From Candidatus Hodarchaeota archaeon (GTDB lineage: Archaea > Asgardarchaeota > Lokiarchaeia > Sigyniarchaeales > SOKP01), in contig JBHLJY010000003.1 of assembly GCA_048887225.1 (NCBI GenBank), forward strand, positions 160,001 to 224,000: 64,000 nt of DNA. Direction: 5' to 3'. The notes under the pieces were generated by a model. That model ran no database searches. It was not told where the DNA came from and saw only the letters and a list, made by a program, of their open reading frames with translations. Shown here piece by piece: positions 1 to 10,410 of the stretch. The translations under genes and the position numbers were made by a program. Numbering within the stretch: position 1 is the first letter of the stretch; the number at the start of each line of letters is the position of its first letter.

Positions 1-203
1 GCGACCTTGAGAAGTGGCGATAATCTTTTCAGAAATTACAATAATATCTCCTTCTACCAGCGTTTCTTTATTGCTATTAATATAATTAATTAGGATCTCC
101 AATAATGGATCATTTTTCTTAATTAATGGAAGCTTTATGGAAAAAAGATTCATAGTATAAAAAAAATTAAACTTATTTGATATACTTTTTTTCTTAACAA
201 AAT

Positions 204-1076
204 ATGAGCAAGATTTATTTAAAATTATTTGATTTTTTAGAAATAGGCGACGATTATCCGACGATAATAATGGGTGTGTTAAATCTTAGTCCCGAATCTT
301 TTTATCAAGGATCGGTATATGATAATTTAAATGATTTAGAGCAAATTTCACTAAAGATGATAAAAAATGGAGCAAAAATGCTCGATCTAGGGGCACGATC
401 AACAGCTCCATGGTCACGAAAAATTACAATACAAGAAGAAATTAATCGTATCATACCTGCGATGGAATTACTTTGTAAAATAATACCAGATGACATCATT
501 TTATCAATTGATACCCAATATAGAAAAGTTGCAGAACCTTGTTATGAAATCGCTATTAAATCAAATAAAAAAATAATATTGAATGACGTTAGTTGTTTGA
601 AAACAGATCCTACATTAGGAGTATTCATAGTTGATCAAAATCTCCCTATAATCTTAATGGCATCTAAAAATATTCCTGGGGATTGTTTAACCATTACTGA
701 AATAATTAAAGAATTTGAATTAACTATTAAAAATTTACAATCAATAGGTTATAATGAAAACCTTGTTATTTTAGACCCGGGAATTGGTCATTGGATTAAA
801 GAAAAAACACATATATATGATTTAAAAATAATAAATAATTTAAATCAGCTACGAAAATTACAAAAACCTATCTTGGTTGCGATATCAAGGAAATCCTTCA
901 TAGGTTCTACCTTAAATCTTAAAGATCCATTAAAACCAGAAGATCGATATAATGGTACTCTTTCTGCTACAGCAATAGCAGTTTTTAATGGGGTTCATAT
1001 TGTTCGAACTCATGATATTAATAATCAACTCTTAGAAATCGTTAAAATTGCAGAGGAAATTAGAAGAAATAAATAG
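204..1076 (+). CDS. folP: Dihydropteroate synthase
   Basis: MGVLNLSPESF, DLGARSTAP, SIDT, LNDVS, LDPGIG, ISRKSFIG and IVRTHD motifs of the DHPS TIM barrel. Confidence 0.93.
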   Translation: MSKIYLKLFDFLEIGDDYPTIIMGVLNLSPESFYQGSVYDNLNDLEQISLKMIKNGAKMLDLGARSTAPWSRKITIQEEINRIIPAMELLCKIIPDDIILSIDTQYRKVAEPCYEIAIKSNKKIILNDVSCLKTDPTLGVFIVDQNLPIILMASKNIPGDCLTITEIIKEFELTIKNLQSIGYNENLVILDPGIGHWIKEKTHIYDLKIINNLNQLRKLQKPILVAISRKSFIGSTLNLKDPLKPEDRYNGTLSATAIAVFNGVHIVRTHDINNQLLEIVKIAEEIRRNK

Positions 1077-1284
1077 ATCTTAATACTTTTCGCGATTTAG
1101 TAAAGTCTTAAAATATGGATTCTAAATTAAAATTCTGTGAAAAATGAAATAAATTTTTGAAAATACTAGAGAAGATATACAACTTAATTAAGATAATCTA
1201 TAAATTTTATGATCTCCCTTTTTTGATTGATGGAAAACTGTGCAAACATTAATAAATTAGTAAAACATATATATATTATTGTAA

Positions 1285-3372
<2,088 letters not shown>

Positions 3373-3423
3373 TTTTATAAGTTTTTTTTCAATTTTAATT
3401 AAAAGTTAAAAAAGGTCTTAAAC

Positions 3424-5853
3424 TTGGTTATTGAAAGAATCAAAGATGTTTCTCTTAAGGATGAAATGCAAAGTAGTTATATAAACTATGCAATGTCAGT
3501 CGTTGTCGGTAGAGCAATTCCAGATGTAAGAGATGGATTAAAACATGTTCATCGTAGATTAATTTATGCCATGGTTAATAATAATTGGTTTTACAATAGC
3601 CCTCATGTAAAGTGTGCCAAAATCGTTGGTGAAACTTTAGGTAATTATCATCCTCATGGTGATGTTGCAGTGTATAATGCTCTTGTAAGATTGGCTCAAA
3701 ATTTTTCTTTAAGATATCCTCTAATAGATTCTCAAGGAAATTTTGGATCAATTGATGGAGACCCCCCAGCAGCTTATAGATATACAGAAGCACGACTCTC
3801 AGAAATAGCAAATGAATTGATTGAAGATATTAGGAAAGAAGTCGTAGAATTTCAGGCGAATTTTGATGATAGTAAAGTGGAACCAAAATTTTTACCTGCG
3901 AAGCTCCCAAATATTCTGATTAATGGTACTAAAGGAATTGCAGTTGGTATGGCTACTTCAATGCCTCCTCATAATCTAATGGAAATATGTCAAGGAATAA
4001 TCTCAACTATCGATAATTCAGATATCTCCATTGAAGAACTTATGGAGGTAATAAAAGGACCAGATTTTCCAACTGGTGGTATTATTTCTGATACTACAGG
4101 TATTTATAACGCATATTCGACTGGATTAGGGAATGTTCCTATTAGAGGTAAAATTGAATCCGAAACTAAGGGTAAAAAAAATAATTTAATAATTACTGAG
4201 ATTCCTTATTTAGTAAATAAATCGTCTTTAATTGAAAGAATTGCTAAGCTTATAAAAGATGGCGTCTTAAAAGATGTTAGAGACTTGAGGGACGAGTCAG
4301 ACAGAAAAGGAATGCGCATTGTATTAGAATTAAGAAAAAAAGCACAACCCATCATAATTAAAAATATCTTATTTAAACACACAAACCTTCATACCAATTT
4401 TAATATAATCAATTTAGTTTTAATAAATGAAGCCAAACAACCAAAAATTCTTAATTTAAAGGAATTAATCGAGGAATATATTAATCATCGTCTTAATATT
4501 GTCTATAAAAGAACGGAGTTTGATTTAAAAAGAGCTCAGAATAGATTGCATATAGTTGAAGGCCTCTTAATCGCATTAAGCAATATAGACAAGATTATAA
4601 CTATTATTAAAAACGCTAAAGATACTGAAGAAGCAAAAATTGGCTTAATAAAAGCTTATGAATTCAGTATTATTCAAGTAAAATCGATTCTAAATATGCC
4701 CCTTTCTAAATTAACTAGTTTGGAACAAAAAAAATTTGAAGACGAAAAAAAAGATTTAATTAAAAAAGTTGAAGAACTCCAGAAAATCTTAGAAAGTAAA
4801 CAAATACGGTTAAATATTATAAAAAATGAGTTAACTGAATTGAGCAAAAAATATGGGGATGAACGCCGAACGCAAATAGTTGAACAAGAAGAAATTGGTC
4901 AAATAGAAAAGAAAGATCTAATTAAAAAAGAGCCTACGATTGTTATTTTTACTAAAAATCATTATATTAAGAGAGTCTCATTAGAAGAGTATCGTACTCA
5001 AAGAAGAGGAGGTCGCGGAAAAAAAGGTATGACTGTAAATGAAGAAGACTTTATAATGGATTTATTTGTATGTTCTACACACGATACTATTTTATTCTTT
5101 ACTTCGAAAGGGAGAGTTTATACATTAAAAACTTTTGAAATTCCTTTACAAAGGCGAACTGCTAAAGGTAAACCAATAGTAAATCTAATAAAAATAAAAG
5201 AAGATGAGGAGATTTCAGAGATGATTCCCATTAATAATTTTAATACAGGTGAAATGCTCATAATGGTTACTAAAAATGGTATAGTAAAAAAAACACCGTT
5301 AAAATACTTCTCTAAAGTAAAAAGAAGTGGGGTTAGAGCTCAAATAATAAGACAGTACGATAAATTAGTTAGCGTTAAAAAACTTTTGAATGAGCTCCAA
5401 GATATATTTATAGCAACCAAGAAAGGTTATGCGATTAGATTTGATGAATCTGAATTAAGAGAACTTGGGAGAAATACAATGGGTGTAAAAGGCGCAGATT
5501 TAAGGGAGGGTGATGAAGTAATTGAAGGTCTTCTAGTTTCTGATGATGAAATTGTTTTAACTCTAACTGAAAATGGATATGGACAAAGAACATATATTAA
5601 GGAATATCGAAAAACGGGTAGAGGCGCAAAAGGAGTAATAAATATTACTCTCAATGAAGATGGAAACGATAATGTAATAGCAATAAAAATTGCTAAAGAA
5701 GATCTGCTGATTGGAAGCGAGCAGGGGCAGGTGATTAGATTGTCTGTTGAATCTATAAGAATAACACACAGAAAAGCAAAGGGCGTAAAAGTTATTAATC
5801 TTTATGAGAACGATTCTGTATGCGCAATTGGAAAATGTGCCGAAGAAGATTAA
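3424..5853 (+). CDS. gyrA: DNA gyrase subunit A (TTG start)
   Basis: RAIPDVRDGLK, YHPHGD, catalytic AYRYTEAR; GyrA-box QRRGGRG and beta-pinwheel repeats distinguish it from ParC. Confidence 0.97.
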   Translation: MVIERIKDVSLKDEMQSSYINYAMSVVVGRAIPDVRDGLKHVHRRLIYAMVNNNWFYNSPHVKCAKIVGETLGNYHPHGDVAVYNALVRLAQNFSLRYPLIDSQGNFGSIDGDPPAAYRYTEARLSEIANELIEDIRKEVVEFQANFDDSKVEPKFLPAKLPNILINGTKGIAVGMATSMPPHNLMEICQGIISTIDNSDISIEELMEVIKGPDFPTGGIISDTTGIYNAYSTGLGNVPIRGKIESETKGKKNNLIITEIPYLVNKSSLIERIAKLIKDGVLKDVRDLRDESDRKGMRIVLELRKKAQPIIIKNILFKHTNLHTNFNIINLVLINEAKQPKILNLKELIEEYINHRLNIVYKRTEFDLKRAQNRLHIVEGLLIALSNIDKIITIIKNAKDTEEAKIGLIKAYEFSIIQVKSILNMPLSKLTSLEQKKFEDEKKDLIKKVEELQKILESKQIRLNIIKNELTELSKKYGDERRTQIVEQEEIGQIEKKDLIKKEPTIVIFTKNHYIKRVSLEEYRTQRRGGRGKKGMTVNEEDFIMDLFVCSTHDTILFFTSKGRVYTLKTFEIPLQRRTAKGKPIVNLIKIKEDEEISEMIPINNFNTGEMLIMVTKNGIVKKTPLKYFSKVKRSGVRAQIIRQYDKLVSVKKLLNELQDIFIATKKGYAIRFDESELRELGRNTMGVKGADLREGDEVIEGLLVSDDEIVLTLTENGYGQRTYIKEYRKTGRGAKGVINITLNEDGNDNVIAIKIAKEDLLIGSEQGQVIRLSVESIRITHRKAKGVKVINLYENDSVCAIGKCAEED

Positions 5854-5901
5854 TACTAAAACGTTTAAACCCTAGATCTCTATTAATAATAGTGGGAATT
5901 T

Positions 5902-6432
5902 ATGATACAAGCAGAAAAAGACGAATTATTAATTGGATTAATATCTGATACACACATTCCTTCCCGTCGTCTGGAAATTCCTGAGATTATTATTGAAGAT
6001 TTTAAAGAAAATCAAATTGACTATTTGTTTCATTTAGGTGATTATGAAAGATTTAAAGTATATCAAAATCTTTTAAATACTTTTGGAAAAGATAAAGTAA
6101 TAGGGATATTAGGCAATATGGACGATTACAAATTGAGGAAATTTTTACCCGAAAAACTCGAATTTGAACTATATGGACGTAAAATTTTTATGACTCATGG
6201 CACTGGAGGTCCTAACATAATAATTAAAAGATTAAATAGAAATCACGATCTTTCGAAATACGATGTTATCATTTTTGGACATGTTCATTGTCCATACAAC
6301 GAAGTTTGGAAAGATGGTAAATTGTATCTTAATCCTGGTACTCCAACTGATAAAAAATTTACAAATATAAATTCTTACGGATACCTTAAAATTTCAAAAA
6401 ATAAATTAGAACCTAAAATTATTTATTTATAG
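5902..6432 (+). CDS. Calcineurin-like metallophosphoesterase, YfcE/MJ0936/Vps29 family
   Basis: ISDTH, HLGD, GNMD, THG, FGHVH and NPG motifs. Confidence 0.9.
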   Translation: MIQAEKDELLIGLISDTHIPSRRLEIPEIIIEDFKENQIDYLFHLGDYERFKVYQNLLNTFGKDKVIGILGNMDDYKLRKFLPEKLEFELYGRKIFMTHGTGGPNIIIKRLNRNHDLSKYDVIIFGHVHCPYNEVWKDGKLYLNPGTPTDKKFTNINSYGYLKISKNKLEPKIIYL

Positions 6433-6521
6433 TATCTGTGAATATTATCTTTTTAATAAGAGGGAAAACAAATTATTTTAAAAAAAATTACGCTTTTATA
6501 AATAAAGAAACAAATTTAGCT

Positions 6522-7142
6522 TTAAGCAGCACTTTCCATTGATGTACCGGAAAGTTTCTTATAATGGTTTAATACTGCTTGTCGTGCTGCGTATACGAAG
6601 GCTCTCTTCACGTTTATTCCAGTAATTGCTATTGTTTCGTAGATGAGACAGTGTGTGAGCTTAGCTGTATCTAAAACAGTTCTAATCTTAGCTATCTCCA
6701 CTAGGTCTTCTAAATCACGTTTATTAGCTAATAAAACTAATGGTACTTCAGGAGTAGGGTCATCTGGACTTGGAGGGATTAATTTATTTCCATAAAATTT
6801 TAACAATTCTTTCAAACTCCATATATTTTCCTCCCATTGGTCTATTAAAGAATCCCATGTAAAGATTACTGCATCAGTCCCTTTTAAAACAGTCTGTCTT
6901 TGGAATTTATGTCTACGCTGACCAGCGACAGTATAAACTTGAAAAACCACATTTGAAACTCTTGCTACGACACGATCAAAGAATAGAGTACGGCCTGTAG
7001 GATCTTGTATTTGTTGCATATCTCCTGATGCTAAACCTTCTCGATTGTAGACCCATTCTAGGGCTGTAGTTTTACCTCCAAGGCTTGGCCCATAAAAACA
7101 AATTTTGAAAACAAGTGTTCCATCCCCACGACGTGATGGCAT
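6522..7142 (-). CDS. MglA-type small GTPase
   Basis: KICFYGPSLGGKTT (G1), GRTLFFD (MglA Arg/Thr switch I), YTVAGQ (MglA-type G3), NKRD (G4). Confidence 0.9.
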   Translation of the reverse strand: MPSRRGDGTLVFKICFYGPSLGGKTTALEWVYNREGLASGDMQQIQDPTGRTLFFDRVVARVSNVVFQVYTVAGQRRHKFQRQTVLKGTDAVIFTWDSLIDQWEENIWSLKELLKFYGNKLIPPSPDDPTPEVPLVLLANKRDLEDLVEIAKIRTVLDTAKLTHCLIYETIAITGINVKRAFVYAARQAVLNHYKKLSGTSMESAA

Positions 7143-7259
7143 TTAAATGAGAACCTCAAATTTATTTTTCGAAAAATATTTTTTCTCTAATATTAAATCA
7201 AAAAAACTCATGAAATTTAAAAATTTGCTAAAACAAAAAAAAATAAAGAAAGAATTTTT

Positions 7260-9464
7260 TTAATAGTTAAAGACAATTTGATCTACGATATTATTTAGCG
7301 CATTTAATTTTTGAGTAATAATTATTTTTACTTTTTCTGTATTTATATCGGGATTTTTCATAAAAAGATCTTTTACAATAGATTCGCACTTAATTGCTTT
7401 TCTAGCTAATATTTTATGAGATTTGTTTGTTTTATCATATAGAGGTATTGGAAATGAGAATGGTCTTTTATGAATGTGTCTAGAACTCTTTATAAGTTTG
7501 ATATTTTTAGATAAAATTGGTGTGTTAAGAATGGCACATAAGTAATAAGCCTCTTCTTTAGAATCAGTCGAAAAATAATAATTTTCGGAGCTAACAACAA
7601 TTTTATTTTTTACGTTTTTAATTACTGCTGCTTTTAGATTAGATCCACTAGCATTATAAACGATTATATAATTTTTATTATCAATCTGTTTGGATAATTT
7701 ATTCCAATAATTTAAATTAGAGAATAACGTCTCAATGTTGCTTGTTTTTTTCTTTTTTGCTTGATATATATTGTTCATTTCGTTATAAAAGTTCATTGCG
7801 TATGTATATTGGTTAAGATATTCAAAATTAAATTTAAATTGATTATTAACGGGTAAGAAAACGTTTCGCTTACGTTTTAAAAGAAAAGGAATTAAATCTT
7901 TATTTAAAAACGTTTTATATTGAAAGCTTACTTCAATTTTTTTGTTTTGAAAATAATATTTCCAATTCTTTTTTGCTCTTGAATATATATCAGGATCGGT
8001 TGAGATTTCTAAATAATTATCGTCTTTTTTCTCTATTCGAAAAAACACAAGAGTTCTTGGAACTAACGTTGCTCCTTGGAAGAATTTGTTTTTATATCGA
8101 CTAACTGAGATTTTATTTATAATTTTTAATTGAGGTTCTGGAAGTATTAGCTTTACACCTTTTTTTTCGATTTTTAGACTCGAATAGTACGTTTGTTCAT
8201 AAAGCTCTAAATCATCGTTAAACACCTTAGCTTTAATCGGATATTTGTCTTTTATAGAAATCTTACTATCCTTACCAATATACTCCGCTTTCAAACAGAT
8301 ATGATTTATATTGAAAAAATAATTAGTAGGAAAATCCCAAATTTCTATATTATTAAATAACGAAAATGATCGAAATTTATAACAATGATCCCCGTTTAAG
8401 ACGCTTTTAGTAATTACAAAGAATATTTTACCTCCAATTTTTAAGAATTTTGTTGATGTATAAAAGAATAAAGTAGCTATTTCTATATGTGTGATGTATT
8501 GGCTAAGTGGTTTGATTCCAAATTCTTCTGCTAAATCACGAATTTTAATTTGATAATCTTTATCACTAATATCTTTATAAGTTAACCAAGGTGGATTTCC
8601 TATTATCAGATCAAAAGAATTATATAAATTTTTTAAGTTTATAAACATCAAATTTTCGTAATGCTGAGGAAATAGCGAATCTATTACATAAACATTAATA
8701 TTTGGGAGGATATCTTTCTGTGTGTCAAAATATTCTAAAAAAATTAAAAGAATATTGACTTTTGCTGTCATAGTTGCTAAAGGATTAATATCAAACCCGA
8801 ATACATTATTAATTGCTTTTTGTTTTAATTTATTTGGATTCTCAGAATTAAGGATTTTAACAATTATCTTAATTAAAAAATTTCCCGAACCGCAAGCTGG
8901 ATCTAAAACTTTTAAACCAACATTATAAGAATCGTCTACCATTTTACGAACGAGGTTAGAAGGAGTGTAGAACTCTCCTATTTTATGTCTAGTTATGGTG
9001 AAAAATATTTGCTGGTAGATATCAAGAAATAAATCTTCATAAGCCAAACTGGTAGATTCAATTATATTATATATTTTTTCAAATAGTTTCTTGTTGAAAT
9101 TTGTCCAATTATAGAAATAACCGAATTCAAACAGGTTGAATGCTTCTAGATTATTATTCTTACAATCATCGTAGCATTCTTCAAAATCGATATTTTGAAT
9201 AAAAGAGAGTTTTATTATTATCAAGGATTTCAATAACAAGGCAAAATATGTATGTTTCAAGAAAAGATCTGAGCTTAAAGATTCAGATTCACCAAAAATA
9301 TTCTTGAAAGTCTTATTCCATTGTTGAAATTTTACTTCAAATTCTTTTTTCTTGGATAAGGTTTTTTTTTCAAAATATTTCATTGATTCGTAGAAAAATT
9401 TTGAACTTAGACCAAAAAATTTAGCAATATCTTCACTACCTATAAGCTTTTTAGTACTAACCAT
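7260..9464 (-). CDS. N6-adenine DNA methyltransferase (gamma class, type IIG-like) with C-terminal target-recognition region; no evident nuclease domain
   Basis: GEFYTP, LDPACGSG (motif I), GFDINP, IGNPPW (motif IV). Confidence 0.85.
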   Translation of the reverse strand: MVSTKKLIGSEDIAKFFGLSSKFFYESMKYFEKKTLSKKKEFEVKFQQWNKTFKNIFGESESLSSDLFLKHTYFALLLKSLIIIKLSFIQNIDFEECYDDCKNNNLEAFNLFEFGYFYNWTNFNKKLFEKIYNIIESTSLAYEDLFLDIYQQIFFTITRHKIGEFYTPSNLVRKMVDDSYNVGLKVLDPACGSGNFLIKIIVKILNSENPNKLKQKAINNVFGFDINPLATMTAKVNILLIFLEYFDTQKDILPNINVYVIDSLFPQHYENLMFINLKNLYNSFDLIIGNPPWLTYKDISDKDYQIKIRDLAEEFGIKPLSQYITHIEIATLFFYTSTKFLKIGGKIFFVITKSVLNGDHCYKFRSFSLFNNIEIWDFPTNYFFNINHICLKAEYIGKDSKISIKDKYPIKAKVFNDDLELYEQTYYSSLKIEKKGVKLILPEPQLKIINKISVSRYKNKFFQGATLVPRTLVFFRIEKKDDNYLEISTDPDIYSRAKKNWKYYFQNKKIEVSFQYKTFLNKDLIPFLLKRKRNVFLPVNNQFKFNFEYLNQYTYAMNFYNEMNNIYQAKKKKTSNIETLFSNLNYWNKLSKQIDNKNYIIVYNASGSNLKAAVIKNVKNKIVVSSENYYFSTDSKEEAYYLCAILNTPILSKNIKLIKSSRHIHKRPFSFPIPLYDKTNKSHKILARKAIKCESIVKDLFMKNPDINTEKVKIIITQKLNALNNIVDQIVFNY

Positions 9465-9493
9465 CCTATTTCAAAAATCTGTTTTCTTTACTC

Positions 9494-9664
9494 TTAACCA
9501 ACCTTTATTAAAATCCAATCTAAATAATTTAAATCATAAATATTGTTATTAGAAGAATTATTTCTTTCTTCAGTTTTATATAAAGATGTATCATTGGTGA
9601 TAGAATTTAGCGCTGGCGTTATATTAAGCTTTTTAGCATTTATTGCTTTCTTATTCTTATCCAT
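9494..9664 (-). CDS. Possible 56-aa small ORF (MDKNKKAINAKK...DWILIKVG)
   Basis: Read by hand; ATG-to-TAA ORF filling the gap between two co-oriented genes; no family recognised. Confidence 0.3.
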   Translation of the reverse strand: MDKNKKAINAKKLNITPALNSITNDTSLYKTEERNNSSNNNIYDLNYLDWILIKVG

Positions 9665-9760
9665 AAGTAAATCCTATCTAGATTTTTGAGATTGAAAAGA
9701 AGCGATTTGAATTAATTTTTTATTTTCTTATATTTATAACTTTAAAAATTATAAGGTTTG

Positions 9761-10303
9761 CTATCGCATGAATGAGGGAAGCATTAGGTTAAAGATTTCA
9801 GCAATTATTTTTATACTTGCTACTTCTTTAATGGTAGTTATTATTAATACACTTCTCGAAAGCTCGTCTCGATCTAGAGTGCCACCAGAATATATTGCTA
9901 AATCATTATTAAACATCAATAAGTATTTCACATATGGATTGTTTATTACGTTAATTCCTTCAATGCTTTTTAACTCATCATAAATTCTTCGCTCTTTTTT
10001 CTCATATACATTTCGATCGCGTGTTATTAATAAAATTGGAATCCCTCTTTGAGCTGCCCTTTTTAATTCTATACTATAAAAATCATCTATTTTTGGGGTC
10101 ACAATATTTAGTTGGTCTTGTGTAGTTTGGATGAACTCTATTAATTTCTCGTTAAGTAATTCCTTGTTGTCACCTTCACCTGAAGACTCTATAACTATAT
10201 TACCTACTAATGCTAACACTCTTTTTTCGAATTCTTCTATTTGTTGTTTTAATCTTCGATTTTCTAGCCGTAATTCATTTATTCGATCAGTCAAGTCAGA
10301 CAA
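9761..10303 (-). CDS. N-terminal coiled coil plus degenerate PLD-like domain (no HKD motif)
   Basis: Heptad N-terminus; LNIVTPKID...LKRAAQRGIPILLITR resembles the PLD fold; HxKxxxxD is replaced by YVKYLLMFNND. Confidence 0.55.
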   Translation of the reverse strand: MSDLTDRINELRLENRRLKQQIEEFEKRVLALVGNIVIESSGEGDNKELLNEKLIEFIQTTQDQLNIVTPKIDDFYSIELKRAAQRGIPILLITRDRNVYEKKERRIYDELKSIEGINVINNPYVKYLLMFNNDLAIYSGGTLDRDELSRSVLIITTIKEVASIKIIAEIFNLMLPSFMR

Positions 10304-10410
10304 AACACATCAACTTCTACATTCTTTTTTGTTATTTTGCTTCTTATTATTTCTTTTATTTGTTAATCTATTTATAATTTTATTATTTTTACTTTTTAGA
10401 AAAACTTAAA

